From: an uncultured Bacteroidales bacterium
Lineage (GTDB): Bacteria; Bacteroidota; Bacteroidia; Bacteroidales; JALTDM01
Length of the DNA stretch: 64,000 bases
Direction: 5' to 3'
NCBI GenBank assembly: GCA_964421355.1
Contig: CAYQWX010000001.1
Span: forward strand, 60,673-124,672
Every line of letters begins with the position of its first letter. Within the stretch, counting starts at the first letter, position 1. The notes below the pieces were generated by a model, which made no database searches, had not been told where the DNA came from, and saw only the letters and a list, made by a program, of their open reading frames with translations. Position numbers and translations under genes: made by a program. This document shows positions 47,931 through 58,532 of this stretch, one piece after another.

Positions 47931-48935
47931 TTATGATTTATAAAATATTTTTCCAGTTACAAGTAATCCTATTGCTACAAATATAGCAAATACCAAACTA
48001 CTGATTGCAAATTGCATTCCTCCTGATAGAATATGTCCACTTGTACAACCTCCTGCCATTCTTGCACCGAACACTAATATAAAACCTCCTACAAAAGCCC
48101 AAATCACTCTTTTCATTGGAGATTCTCCTTTATATTTAATCCAATTCTTGTGAAGTAAAATAACATTAAAATCTTTTCTAAATAATGAAATGATAAATCC
48201 TCCTAAAAATGCCCCGAATAAAAATATAACTTCCCAGTTACCAGGGGTTGCAATTTTTTGAAAATACGCATTATTTGTTAATCCTGTAAGTAAATCTCCC
48301 ACATAAGGATATGAAGTAGATGCCCCAATAGGTCTATTGGTCACAAATGAAGAAAATACTACAATATTCAATATTGCTAATGCTATCCCTGAATACAACC
48401 ATTTATTATTTTTATCTTTATCCTGTTTGTGTAATAAATAAGCGGAATATACAAATAAAATTCCGATTATAATAACAATGATAAAGAATAAGATATTATG
48501 ATTTCCCAATAAAGAGGCTAAAGATATTTTACCTAAATCAGGACCTATTATTGGTGATATATATGGCAGTAATATAGTATATGTTATTCCTCCTAATATA
48601 CCGCCTATTATTCCAATTATAGCATCTATCGACCCTTCTCCTGCGGATATTGCAAGTGTACCTGGACAATAACCTAATATAGCCATACCTATGCCAAAAA
48701 TCGATCCACCTAAAATGATTCCTCCTAAAACAAAAGGTTTAACATGATATGATGCAAATCCCATTGCAATTTCTACATTAAGTAAAATCATACCTACACC
48801 AATAGATACCAATATAGCTTTAGCAACGGCGAAATTTTCCCTGGTAGCTAATCCACTTATTACGTCATATTTATTTAGATATGCAAATTGTAAAACTGCA
48901 GAAAATATAAATCCGAGAATTAAAATAGTTATCAT
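47931..48935 (-). CDS. YeeE/YedE family sulfur-compound (thiosulfate-type) transporter
   Basis: Two homologous halves with conserved Cys motifs (LGYCPGTL and GGCTSGHILSGG); 334 aa. Confidence 0.8.
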   Translation of the reverse strand: MITILILGFIFSAVLQFAYLNKYDVISGLATRENFAVAKAILVSIGVGMILLNVEIAMGFASYHVKPFVLGGIILGGSIFGIGMAILGYCPGTLAISAGEGSIDAIIGIIGGILGGITYTILLPYISPIIGPDLGKISLASLLGNHNILFFIIVIIIGILFVYSAYLLHKQDKDKNNKWLYSGIALAILNIVVFSSFVTNRPIGASTSYPYVGDLLTGLTNNAYFQKIATPGNWEVIFLFGAFLGGFIISLFRKDFNVILLHKNWIKYKGESPMKRVIWAFVGGFILVFGARMAGGCTSGHILSGGMQFAISSLVFAIFVAIGLLVTGKIFYKS

Positions 48936-48952
48936 TATTAGTATTATATAAT

Positions 48953-50854
48953 TTATAAATTAAACATGTTTAAAAAGTTGTCATCAATTTTGTCTTCTAC
49001 GATGTTTTCCTTTATAAGAACTCCAAAAAAGTTTTTAACTTTATTTAACATTGGTTCTCCTGATACATAATTAAAGTTTACTCTTTGTAAAAAGAGTTCA
49101 ACCCTGTCTATTGGTTGTTTCATTATGGTTGATGATATTTTGGAGGCTTCCAACCTGTTGTTATTTATCCACTCGATAGCCTTTTGTAATTCTTCTAAAA
49201 ATATTTTACTCTCTTCGGGATGTTTTTTAACAAATTCACCTTTTAATACCAAACAAGCATTGGGGAAACTGCCAAAATTGGAATCTATCTTATTCCATAT
49301 TTCATTGTATGATAGTACAGATACTTGTTCTCCTCTGTCTTGCATGATTTTCAGAGCATAACTTGCCTCAGGTTCACGCAATATTACAGTATCGGCTTTG
49401 CCTTCTACAAAGTCTTTATATATTTGTTCTGGACGACCGAATGGATTACCATAAACAAATTTGAAATCTTCTATGTCATATCCACTTGCTTTTATCAGAT
49501 ATTTTGTGATTTTGGCAGGAGGAGCTTCTGCAAATAATGGAGTGTATATTTCTTTTCCTTTTAAATCACCAAAATCTTTTGCTTGATAACGGGTAAGTAT
49601 TACAAAATTGTCCCATACAAGTATTGCTGGAACTTTAATGTCTATTTTTTGTAATTTAAGAGTTGTAATTAAGGAAGAAAATGTAATATCTGCTTTGCCA
49701 TTTGTTACCCAAGCCAAATGTTTTTCAGTTTCTTCCCATACTTTAAGTTCTTTTATGTTAAAATGTTGTCTTATTTTTTTTGATTCAAGCAGTCGTGCTA
49801 TAATGGGATAAGCAACAGGTGTGGCAGATTGAAGCACAATTTCCACTTTTTTGTTATTTTGTTTAGTCTCTTTTTTAACAGGAGTTTTATAGAAATATAC
49901 TTTTACTTCTCCCGGTGCAACATGTTCTGTTTCATATTCAAAACCTAATTCTGTAAGCATGTTTATCATTGGAACGGGCTCGAAACGTTGTATAAGAACA
50001 AAACCTTCTCCTTCATCAGTGTTTTGTGCCTTTCCCATTATTATTTCAAAAGGATCATAAGGAACATCTCTCACATCCAATTCATCAAAATAGTTTTTAT
50101 GTTCATGCCAGTTATCTATTTTTTCTTTTTTATTTTGAGGGTTGAATATAGATATGCGATAATCGTTTTTAGCTTTTTCTACATTTATTTTATATTCTAG
50201 TCCTATTGATACCTTTACTAACTCAATAGGTTCTTTTGTTGAATAGATAACAATGCTTTCTTGTGGTTTCAAATTTGAGATTTTAGTAATAATCTCAGTA
50301 ATATTATTTTCAGTTGCTATGTATCTTTCTTCGGATTCTGTCCATGTAATTTCTTTATTATATTGTAAAATATCTATTGATATTTCTTCTTTTATACATT
50401 CAGGTGCCATTTTTTCCAAATATTTTTCTGTTCCGTTAGCTTTATTTAATAAATGAAGTATTTCACATAAAGATACACCGGATACTCTTGATGCGTCTGC
50501 AAAGGTAGCAAACTTTGCTAATGTATTATACATTATTGGATTTAATAACCTTTTGAATTTTGAGGAAAAGTTTATCAAAATATCTTTAAGGTGAGGATAT
50601 TTTTCCAAAGTATCATAGACTTTGTCTTTGGCAAGTATAGGATGTGCTTCAGGATTTGTGTTATCCACTTTAGTTTTTATTATTGCATTTACAGGACATG
50701 CTTCCAACGCTTCTTCGCATTGCTGCTCTTCTTCTTTGTTTTCAGGTTGTTTTTTTACAAAAGCATATTCTTTGCCCATTGCAAAGTTGTTTCCTGCTAC
50801 TTCTACACAAGCATGGCAAGCAATACATTCGTCAGTTACTTTATATTTTTTCAT
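48953..50854 (-). CDS. multidomain fusion: [4Fe-4S] ferredoxin, DUF1858, DUF2249 and an NMT1/THI5-like (SsuA/TauA-type) binding domain; no signal peptide
   Basis: CIACHAC...CP ferredoxin motif. DUF1858-like FKRLLNPIMYNTLAKFATFADASRVSG. DUF2249-like LDVRDVPYDPFEII..GFVLIQRFEPVPMINMLTELGFEYE. C-terminal ~290 aa resemble a periplasmic-binding fold. Confidence 0.6.
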   Translation of the reverse strand: MKKYKVTDECIACHACVEVAGNNFAMGKEYAFVKKQPENKEEEQQCEEALEACPVNAIIKTKVDNTNPEAHPILAKDKVYDTLEKYPHLKDILINFSSKFKRLLNPIMYNTLAKFATFADASRVSGVSLCEILHLLNKANGTEKYLEKMAPECIKEEISIDILQYNKEITWTESEERYIATENNITEIITKISNLKPQESIVIYSTKEPIELVKVSIGLEYKINVEKAKNDYRISIFNPQNKKEKIDNWHEHKNYFDELDVRDVPYDPFEIIMGKAQNTDEGEGFVLIQRFEPVPMINMLTELGFEYETEHVAPGEVKVYFYKTPVKKETKQNNKKVEIVLQSATPVAYPIIARLLESKKIRQHFNIKELKVWEETEKHLAWVTNGKADITFSSLITTLKLQKIDIKVPAILVWDNFVILTRYQAKDFGDLKGKEIYTPLFAEAPPAKITKYLIKASGYDIEDFKFVYGNPFGRPEQIYKDFVEGKADTVILREPEASYALKIMQDRGEQVSVLSYNEIWNKIDSNFGSFPNACLVLKGEFVKKHPEESKIFLEELQKAIEWINNNRLEASKISSTIMKQPIDRVELFLQRVNFNYVSGEPMLNKVKNFFGVLIKENIVEDKIDDNFLNMFNL

Positions 50855-51221
50855 TTTTATATTTTTTATAATTTATTTTATGCAAAGTAACTCACTTATT
50901 ACCTTTGTTGTAATACCAAATATTAAGTAATATGAAAAAATATAAATGTTTTTGTAATTTATAATAGTCTTTTTGGACTTTTACTACCTTTGGTATCAAG
51001 ATAAAATAGAAGTAATATTTGTCGTTATTTTAGCTTATAAACTTAAGGGAAAAAACTAAATAAAAAATAAAACTATAAAAGGTTGTTCAGTTCTTAAACA
51101 CTCTCATTTTCATTAGAGTATTTTTTTTTGCCATTATTCAGATAAAAATAACGAATATTTGCTATTTACTGGAAACTGCATTTGTAGTTGAGTTTATACT
51201 TGTTGTTCCAAACAAAAAACA

Positions 51222-51229
51222 TATTTTTG
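51222..51229 (+). promoter_or_regulatory. -7 box (TATTTTTG) for purC
   Basis: TAnnTTTG, 26 nt upstream of the ATG at 51255. Confidence 0.45.
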
Positions 51230-51254
51230 TCCGTAAATAAATTTTATCAAAATT

Positions 51255-52199
51255 ATGAAAGCTTTAAAACAAACAAATTACACACTTCCTAATCAAACAA
51301 ATTTTTATAAAGGTAAAGTAAGGGATGTTTATACCATAAATAATAATTATTTGGTAATGGTTGTATCGGATAGGGTATCTGCATTTGATGTAATTATGCC
51401 ACAAGCCATTCCTTATAAAGGGCAGGTATTAAATCAGATTGCAGTAGAGTTTTTGGATGCGACAAAAGATATAGTTAAAAATTGGAAAATATCTTCCCCT
51501 CATCCAATGGTAACAATTGGGTACAAATGTACTCCCTATCCTGTTGAAATGATTATTAGAGGTTATCTTACAGGAAGTGCTTGGAGAGCATACAAGGCAG
51601 GCAAAAGAACAATATCAGGAGTAAAAATACCTGACAATATGAAAGAACACCAGAAATTTGAAAAGCCAATAATTACCCCTACTACAAAGGCGGAAATTGG
51701 ACATGACGAAGAAATATCAAAAGAAGAAATAATAAAACAAGGATTAATACCTGAAAAAGAATATGAGATATTGGAAGAAATTACCTATATGCTTTTTAAT
51801 AGAGGTTCTGAAATAGCGGCAAAATATGGTCTTATATTGGTAGATACCAAATATGAATTTGGCAAAAAAGATGGAGAAATATATCTTATTGATGAAATAC
51901 ATACACCTGATTCGTCCCGTTATTTTTATGCAGATAATTATAAAGAAAATTTTGACAGAGGATTACCTCCCAAGCAACTATCAAAAGAATTTTTGAGAGA
52001 GTGGCTTATGAAACATGGTTTTCAAGGACGGGACGGAGACTCCTTACCTAGTTTTACAGAAGATATAGTGATACATATAAGCAACCGATACATTGAATTA
52101 TATGAAACTATTACGGGAAAAAAACTGAATAAAATATCTTACGACAATATAGAAAGTGAGATTTATGATAGTATAATTGAAGCCTTGCAGAATCTTTGA
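51255..52199 (+). CDS. purC: phosphoribosylaminoimidazole-succinocarboxamide synthase
   Basis: [33 protein letters not shown]. Confidence 0.92.
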   Translation: MKALKQTNYTLPNQTNFYKGKVRDVYTINNNYLVMVVSDRVSAFDVIMPQAIPYKGQVLNQIAVEFLDATKDIVKNWKISSPHPMVTIGYKCTPYPVEMIIRGYLTGSAWRAYKAGKRTISGVKIPDNMKEHQKFEKPIITPTTKAEIGHDEEISKEEIIKQGLIPEKEYEILEEITYMLFNRGSEIAAKYGLILVDTKYEFGKKDGEIYLIDEIHTPDSSRYFYADNYKENFDRGLPPKQLSKEFLREWLMKHGFQGRDGDSLPSFTEDIVIHISNRYIELYETITGKKLNKISYDNIESEIYDSIIEALQNL

Positions 52200-52244
52200 T
52201 AATAGATTTTTCCCGTATTTACCATTGCTTGTATAATAATAAAC

Positions 52245-52252
52245 TAATTTTG
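52245..52252 (+). promoter_or_regulatory. -7 box (TAATTTTG) for waaA
   Basis: TAnnTTTG, 17 nt upstream of the GTG at 52269. Confidence 0.4.
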
Positions 52253-52268
52253 TAAAAAATTAGAACAA

Positions 52269-53498
52269 GTGTATTTTATTTTTATTCAAACATATACATT
52301 CCTCATAAGATTATCTGCATTGTTTGGCAATGTCAAAGCTCGTAAATGGATAGAAGGGCGTAAAAATATATTAAGGAGAATACAAAGCACTATCCCCTCT
52401 ACAGAACCTTTATTTTGGATACATTGTGCTTCGTTAGGGGAATTTGAACAAGGCAGACCTGTAATAGAAAACTTAAAACAAAAATATCCAGACATAAAAA
52501 TATTGCTTACTTTTTTTTCACCCTCGGGCTATGAAAGTAAAAAGAATTACAAAGTCGCAAATTACATTTTTTATTTGCCAATAGACACACGCCACAATGT
52601 CAGATTTTTTGTGAAACACTTGAATATAAAGTTGGCAATTTTTGTAAAGTATGAATTTTGGAAAAATTATTTCAAGCAATTATATAAAAATAAAATACCG
52701 CTTTTCTTAATATCATCCATATTTCGCAAAAATCAATTGTTTTTTAAATGGTATGGAAAATCTTATAGAAAAATGCTTTATTGGATAACACATATATTTG
52801 TGCAAGATAAACATTCATTAGATTTGCTACATTCCATAAACATAAATAATGTTACCATATCGGGTGATACAAGGTTTGACAGAGTTGTGGAATTGAAAAA
52901 TGTGGATTGGCATGATGATGTGATTTCTCATTTTATCAGCTTACACAAAAATAAACCTGTATTAGTTGCAGGAAGCACTTGGCAAGAAGATGAAAAATTG
53001 CTTTTTAACTATATAAAAAAACATCCAAATTTTGCTTACATTGTTGCACCACACGAAATTACCAACCAGCACATAAATTTTATAAAAAAACAAAGCTCTT
53101 TGCCATTGCAGGTTTATACGGAATATGAAAACAGTAATGATGCTAACATTTTGATAATGAATACAATAGGGCTACTGAATAAGGTTTATCGTTATGCTCA
53201 GGTTGCATATATTGGCGGAGGATTTGGAGCAGGTATTCATAATATTTTAGAAGCTGCTACTTATGGAGTACCAATTGTGTTCGGACCTAATTATAAAAAA
53301 TTTAAAGAAGCAAGAGACCTTATTGTTTTGGGAGGAGCTTTTTCTATAAGTAATTATGAAATGCTGGAACGAATATTGAATAAATTTATGGAAAGCAAGA
53401 CGGAGAGTGAAAAATTTGGCAAAATTGCAGAAAATTATGTTGTATCAAATGCAGGTGCCACACAAAATATTATACAAACCATTTCAAAATATATATAA
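52269..53498 (+). CDS. waaA: 3-deoxy-D-manno-octulosonic acid (Kdo) transferase
   Basis: WIHCASLGEFEQGRPVIE motif, GT30-type length, C-terminal GGFGAGIHNILEAA. Confidence 0.85.
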   Translation: MYFIFIQTYTFLIRLSALFGNVKARKWIEGRKNILRRIQSTIPSTEPLFWIHCASLGEFEQGRPVIENLKQKYPDIKILLTFFSPSGYESKKNYKVANYIFYLPIDTRHNVRFFVKHLNIKLAIFVKYEFWKNYFKQLYKNKIPLFLISSIFRKNQLFFKWYGKSYRKMLYWITHIFVQDKHSLDLLHSININNVTISGDTRFDRVVELKNVDWHDDVISHFISLHKNKPVLVAGSTWQEDEKLLFNYIKKHPNFAYIVAPHEITNQHINFIKKQSSLPLQVYTEYENSNDANILIMNTIGLLNKVYRYAQVAYIGGGFGAGIHNILEAATYGVPIVFGPNYKKFKEARDLIVLGGAFSISNYEMLERILNKFMESKTESEKFGKIAENYVVSNAGATQNIIQTISKYI

Positions 53499-53500
53499 AA

Positions 53501-53968
53501 ATGGCAGAAAAAAATAAACAAAGCATAAATATAAAATACAAAAAAGCATATTTCAATTACGAATTTATTGAAAAATACATTGCAGGAATAGAACTTAAAG
53601 GAACGGAAATAAAATCAATACGTGAAGGTAAGGTGAATTTTAATGATGCATATTGTATATTTAAAAATGGTGAATTATTTGTAAAAGGAATGCATATAGC
53701 AGAATACAAAATGGGAAATATTTTTAACCATGAGCCAGCACGTCCCAAAAAACTATTGTTGCACAAACGAGAACTTTTACGCCTTAAACAAAAAGCGGAT
53801 GAAAAAGGACTTACGATAGTACCTGTCCGTGTATTCATAAATGATAAAGGATTAGCAAAATTGGAAATTGCTTTGGCAAAAGGTAAAAAGCTTCATGACA
53901 AACGTCAGTCAATAAAAGATAGGGAATATAACCGTAATCTTAACAAAAGGAATTGGACGAATTTATGA
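53501..53968 (+). CDS. smpB: SsrA-binding protein
   Basis: NKKAYFNYEFIEKYIAGIELKGTEIKS..; 155 aa. Confidence 0.92.
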   Translation: MAEKNKQSINIKYKKAYFNYEFIEKYIAGIELKGTEIKSIREGKVNFNDAYCIFKNGELFVKGMHIAEYKMGNIFNHEPARPKKLLLHKRELLRLKQKADEKGLTIVPVRVFINDKGLAKLEIALAKGKKLHDKRQSIKDREYNRNLNKRNWTNL

Positions 53969-54933
53969 AAGTGGGCAATGTCAATATAGAAAAACCTGTG
54001 TATTTAGCCCCCATGGAAGATGTTACGGATATACCGTTCCGTAAAATATGTAAAAATTTTGGGGCTGATGTGCTTGTTACAGAGTTTATCTCGTCAGATG
54101 CCCTCATCAGAAATATCCAAAAGACTTTGGATAAAATGAAAATATTTGATTACGAACATCCTATCGGGATACAAATATACGGTCACGACCACGATACAAT
54201 GGTAGAGGCAGCAAAAATAGTAGAAACATTAAAGCCTGATTTTATTGATTTAAATTTTGGTTGTCCTGTAAAAAAAATAGTAAAACGCGGAGCAGGGGCA
54301 GCTATGCTTAAAACTCCCGACAAACTAGTCAGTATAGCGAATGATGTAGTAAAAGCAGTAAATATTCCCGTTACAGTAAAAACCCGTATAGGTTGGGATA
54401 CCAAATCTATAAACATTGTAGATATTGCTATGCGATTGAATGATGCTGGGATACAGTCGCTTACCATTCATGCCCGTACGCGTGAACAAATGTATGGAGG
54501 TGAGGCGGATTGGAGTTTTATAAAACAAGTAACATCTATTCCTAATCTGAAAATTTATATAGTTGGTAATGGTGATATTACTACACCTGTTCAAGCTAAA
54601 GAAAAGTTTGAAAAATATGGTGTAGATGGTATAATGATAGGTAGAGGAGCAATAGGTGCACCTTGGATTTTTAGAAATATAAAAGAGTATTTGCAAACAG
54701 GACAATTATTGCCCGAACCAACTACTCAAGAAAAAGTAAAAATAGCAATAGAACACCTCAAAGAAAATGTAAAACATTATGGAGAACGAATAGGGGGGCT
54801 TCTTATGCGAAGGCATTATGCTCAATATTTCAAAGGACTGTCTAATTTTAGACCTACCAAGATTAAACTTTTGCAATCTGCAGATTATCAGGAGAATGTG
54901 GAAATTCTACAATATATAGCAAACACCTGGTAA
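53965..54933 (+). CDS. dusB: tRNA-dihydrouridine synthase
   Basis: LAPMEDVTDIPFR, NFGCP, TIHARTR. The ATG at 53965 overlaps the smpB stop (ATGA); the TTG at 53953 is less likely. Confidence 0.85.
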   Translation: MKVGNVNIEKPVYLAPMEDVTDIPFRKICKNFGADVLVTEFISSDALIRNIQKTLDKMKIFDYEHPIGIQIYGHDHDTMVEAAKIVETLKPDFIDLNFGCPVKKIVKRGAGAAMLKTPDKLVSIANDVVKAVNIPVTVKTRIGWDTKSINIVDIAMRLNDAGIQSLTIHARTREQMYGGEADWSFIKQVTSIPNLKIYIVGNGDITTPVQAKEKFEKYGVDGIMIGRGAIGAPWIFRNIKEYLQTGQLLPEPTTQEKVKIAIEHLKENVKHYGERIGGLLMRRHYAQYFKGLSNFRPTKIKLLQSADYQENVEILQYIANTW

Positions 54934-54953
54934 AAACTGTATTCCCTTTAATA

Positions 54954-55847
54954 TCAATTAGACATATTATCCAGCAATTGATCCAAATCTTGTTCCGAAG
55001 TTTGTGTCATCGTAATGTTGATATCTTGTGTTTGCGATACAAAATATTGATGAAACGAATAAATATCATTGTTAATTAATCCCACTCCCAAAAAATGAGT
55101 TTTTAATCCCGAAGGCATATTTATACTATTGCCATCTACTATTGCCAGACCATTATATGAAGGAATGTAAATAAACTTGGAAATAGTTTCCACACTGTCT
55201 GTTTGTGAAGAAAAGGTTATAGTAGCAGTATTGTCCACATTATCATAAGCGGCACAACTCATCCACCCAAGGAATTTTCCATTTATTCTGTAATAATCTC
55301 CTGGAATTTCTATTCCTGTTGTGTATGTGGCTATATCTGAAGTTGGTGTCCAGTTTATTGGTTCTACACCACTGCTCTTAAACGCTCTCATATTTGTAAT
55401 TACTGTATCTGTAGGAAAATACACGGTAAAAGATGCTCCCGGACGCAATACCAGATCCGTATCTCCCTTAAAAGCCCTTATACGTATCTCACCTGCACAT
55501 TGTAATATTTCTCCATTAGCTACCGAAGGCATACGGTAATAAATCATTTCTTTGGCATTGTATAATTCTATTAATCCTATGGAATAAGGATATGTTACAC
55601 TATCACCATTTGGATACATAAAGATACTTATTCCTTGATATAGCACAGTACCGAATTGTCCCACAATGGGAGTATCCGAGGGTCCTGTTATTTCAAATAC
55701 TTGTTCTCCTTGCTTTTTAGTGTCAAAAAAACTGTTTACAGAATCATATACTGCACGGCTTTTTACTGTTCTGTCTTTGCTGCAACTTGCAAGAAAAATA
55801 AGACCTAAACTCATTATTATTGAAAAAAGTAATATTCGTAAATTCAT
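54954..55847 (-). CDS. hypothetical beta-rich lipoprotein
   Basis: Lipobox ..FLASCSKD. Starts 5 bp after the C10 protease stop on the same strand. Confidence 0.5.
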   Translation of the reverse strand: MNLRILLFSIIMSLGLIFLASCSKDRTVKSRAVYDSVNSFFDTKKQGEQVFEITGPSDTPIVGQFGTVLYQGISIFMYPNGDSVTYPYSIGLIELYNAKEMIYYRMPSVANGEILQCAGEIRIRAFKGDTDLVLRPGASFTVYFPTDTVITNMRAFKSSGVEPINWTPTSDIATYTTGIEIPGDYYRINGKFLGWMSCAAYDNVDNTATITFSSQTDSVETISKFIYIPSYNGLAIVDGNSINMPSGLKTHFLGVGLINNDIYSFHQYFVSQTQDINITMTQTSEQDLDQLLDNMSN

Positions 55848-55852
55848 TGTTT

Positions 55853-58327
55853 TTAATTTTTTACAATTTTATAACTGTTGTTTGCTGTCTTTAGTATGTA
55901 TGTTCCTATCGGATATTTACTAATATCAATAGTTTTCTGTTTATTCAATACTCCTTTTTCTATAATTTGTCCTGTTGTAGAATATATTGAAAATGGCATA
56001 TTATAAGGAGTTCCTGTTTGAATTGTGATAAATTTTGTAGCAGGATTTGGAGATATTTTTATTGTATAATCTTTTGCTGGTTGTTTTTGATTGTTGCATA
56101 TAAGGTTTCTTTCTATCATTACATTTAATTTGTATGAACCGATATTTCCTATAAAAAACGGATTGACACACACATAAAAATAAGTAGTATCACTTATGTT
56201 GTCAAAGTCAATAACACCCATGTCGTCATCATCGTAATAAACGGACCATGAAGTGTCTTGTGAAAGTTTTACTTTAAAAATCACATCATTAGTATAGTTG
56301 GTATCTACATAACTATCTTGTATATAAGCATATATACTATAATTGTAACCGGGAGACAATTTAAACTTGTAGTAGTCGGCACTATCATCATAAGCAGAAT
56401 GAATATTAGCTCCGTTTGTCTCGAATGTTGCCAAGTTATTATCCCAATTTTCAGGAATAAGATAAGCTTCTGAAAGGTGGTTATTTGTTTCATAATTATC
56501 AGGTGGTAAAGCAAACGCATCTGTGAGAATTACATCTACTTGTTTGAAATTGGGATAAGAGCTGGCACCAACCATTTTCCATTCCCCTCCATAAGGTTGA
56601 TACCATAAAATAAGTTTGTATGTACCCATTACATCTGCAATAACCGTATCAAAAACAAAATTTTTGTTTTCATGAGCAGAAAAATATACTAATGTATCTT
56701 TTACATGACAAACAAGGTTGCCGTTAAGTTCATGTAACCATATCCCAACATTACCATAAAAAGCTGTATCCGAATTATTTTCAATATTAAACTCAATGTT
56801 TACAGGATTACTTTCCTGAATAGGGTCTGGAGATACCATTATGTTGCTTGAAGAAATAAGTCCTTCGGTATTTTGATTACTTACTTGCAATGTAATCGGA
56901 TTTGAATAAGTATCTTTATCTAATAACTGCCAGTTATCTTCTCCATCATTACGGAAATAAATACCTAATTTATATTCACCCGGAACAACTCCCAAACTGG
57001 AAGTATAAAATGTAAGAGATGTGTAGTCATTTGCATTTATACTCACATTTTCCAGTATTTCTATATCTGAAATAAAAACATCATTTGTATCAAACAATGA
57101 AGCCTTAAAATCTCCGTAGAATTGTATGTTTCCATAATTAGCAACATCCACTCCTACCAACAAACTATCATTATAATTTGGTGACTGTGAAGAAAGGTCA
57201 ATGTCACCAAAAAGTTTAATATCGGTATAAGTATCCACAGGAATAATTTTTATTACGGCTCCTTGAGTCTCGTTAAAAGCATAACTTGAAATAGGAGAAA
57301 GATTATTTATTTCAAAATATCCGTTATAATAGCCGTCCCACCCCCAATTTATATGAAAAAGATCATTATTGTCATATCCATCCATTACAAAGGCATGTCC
57401 AACTTCATGTTCGGAGTCAAATCCTGTATATAATATTACTCTGTTGTTATCTAATTCTGATTTTAAAGTATTTTTCCATGAAGATAAAGTATAATTACTC
57501 CTTTTTATAAATTGAGCCTGAGAGGAATAAGAAAAATATTCAGGCAAGATTTCCGCTACAAGGTTAGGATAAGTATTGCTTTCATCGGGAGTAAAATCAA
57601 CTTCTAGTGCTACCGCTACTTGATACATTAATTGTGCTACCGCTATTTTTTGGGCACCTGGAGTGGAACTTGTAAGCTGGTTGGGCATATCGTTCCATCT
57701 ATATGTGGTAGCTCCGAAATTTGCCGCAAGTGTGCCGTAATGGTCGGAGTGGTATGAATGATAGCCGTTGCCTCGTGTAGGATGATTATAATATTTAAGT
57801 ATTTGTGCCGTAGCAGTAGTTACGCATCCTGTTGGACAATCATCAGGACATAATTGGTTGTAATAGGGACTTTGTCCCCATCTTGTTTGAATTAGTGGAG
57901 CAACTTCTTTTGTTCCTTTTGTTGTATATCTGGATACTTGCCAATAGCTTGTAAGTGTTGGCAATGTAGAGTTAATTATTTCTGTAATTGCTTTATTATA
58001 TGCTTTTAATACATTATTTATAGGTTTTGGAATATTTATCGTGTCAAAATTGCTCGTAAGGGAATATGCAAGTATTGGTTTTACTTTTTTATTTGCCGAA
58101 ACAATTATAAATCCGTGAGGTTGTACATTAAATATGTAGAAAGCAGGTTGATGTATAGAGGATAATGTATTTACCTGCTTGCAGACACTTAAAGAAATAT
58201 TAGACTTTGCTTTGTGTTCCAAAAAACTTTTCGCAAAAGATAAAGCTTCTTTTTTAGATACAGGTTGAGCTATTGAATTGATAAATAGTGATAGAAATAT
58301 TAAGGTAAAAAGGATAATTTTTCTCAT
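55853..58327 (-). CDS. C10-family (streptopain-like) cysteine protease with an N-terminal Spi-type prodomain and a T9SS C-terminal sorting domain
   Basis: Prodomain AFYIFNV..GFIIVSANKKVKPILAYS. TRWGQSPYYN..GCVTTATAQILKYY (catalytic Cys). GHAFVMDGYD (His). C-terminal KISPNPATKF...YKIVKN. Confidence 0.8.
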   Translation of the reverse strand: MRKIILFTLIFLSLFINSIAQPVSKKEALSFAKSFLEHKAKSNISLSVCKQVNTLSSIHQPAFYIFNVQPHGFIIVSANKKVKPILAYSLTSNFDTINIPKPINNVLKAYNKAITEIINSTLPTLTSYWQVSRYTTKGTKEVAPLIQTRWGQSPYYNQLCPDDCPTGCVTTATAQILKYYNHPTRGNGYHSYHSDHYGTLAANFGATTYRWNDMPNQLTSSTPGAQKIAVAQLMYQVAVALEVDFTPDESNTYPNLVAEILPEYFSYSSQAQFIKRSNYTLSSWKNTLKSELDNNRVILYTGFDSEHEVGHAFVMDGYDNNDLFHINWGWDGYYNGYFEINNLSPISSYAFNETQGAVIKIIPVDTYTDIKLFGDIDLSSQSPNYNDSLLVGVDVANYGNIQFYGDFKASLFDTNDVFISDIEILENVSINANDYTSLTFYTSSLGVVPGEYKLGIYFRNDGEDNWQLLDKDTYSNPITLQVSNQNTEGLISSSNIMVSPDPIQESNPVNIEFNIENNSDTAFYGNVGIWLHELNGNLVCHVKDTLVYFSAHENKNFVFDTVIADVMGTYKLILWYQPYGGEWKMVGASSYPNFKQVDVILTDAFALPPDNYETNNHLSEAYLIPENWDNNLATFETNGANIHSAYDDSADYYKFKLSPGYNYSIYAYIQDSYVDTNYTNDVIFKVKLSQDTSWSVYYDDDDMGVIDFDNISDTTYFYVCVNPFFIGNIGSYKLNVMIERNLICNNQKQPAKDYTIKISPNPATKFITIQTGTPYNMPFSIYSTTGQIIEKGVLNKQKTIDISKYPIGTYILKTANNSYKIVKN

Positions 58328-58341
58328 GTTATAATTTTTTG

Positions 58342-58349
58342 CAAAGATA
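58342..58349 (-). promoter_or_regulatory. -7 box (TATCTTTG on the minus strand) for the C10 protease gene
   Basis: TAnnTTTG, 15 nt upstream of the ATG at 58327. Confidence 0.45.
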
Positions 58350-58407
58350 AGTTTTTATAGATTGTTATACAATGATGTCCTAAATAATTTTGTCAGGGGT
58401 AGATTTT

Positions 58408-58532
58408 TTTGCTACTTTTTTATGTATGGGAATAGATCTAGCAAAGAAAATAGTTTTTTTACAATTGTTTTCTGTTCATTTTTTTGTAGTAACAAAGAAA
58501 CGAACCAAAGAAAACACTCCCAAACGAAGCTT
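58408..58532 (+). repeat. copy B of the conserved intergenic element of about 128 nt
   Basis: Aligns with the reverse complement of 38631..38758 (see copy A). Lies about 220 nt upstream of alaS. Confidence 0.7.

Noticed and set aside
50855-51254. Purine or ZTP riboswitch or other leader in the 400-bp spacer upstream of purC
   Set aside because: No purine-aptamer or pfl/ZTP consensus (GGGTCGTGAC...CCGCCTGGGCA type) is visible. Only short 5-7 bp inverted repeats and a canonical -7 box at 51222 are present. It is probably just two divergent promoters.
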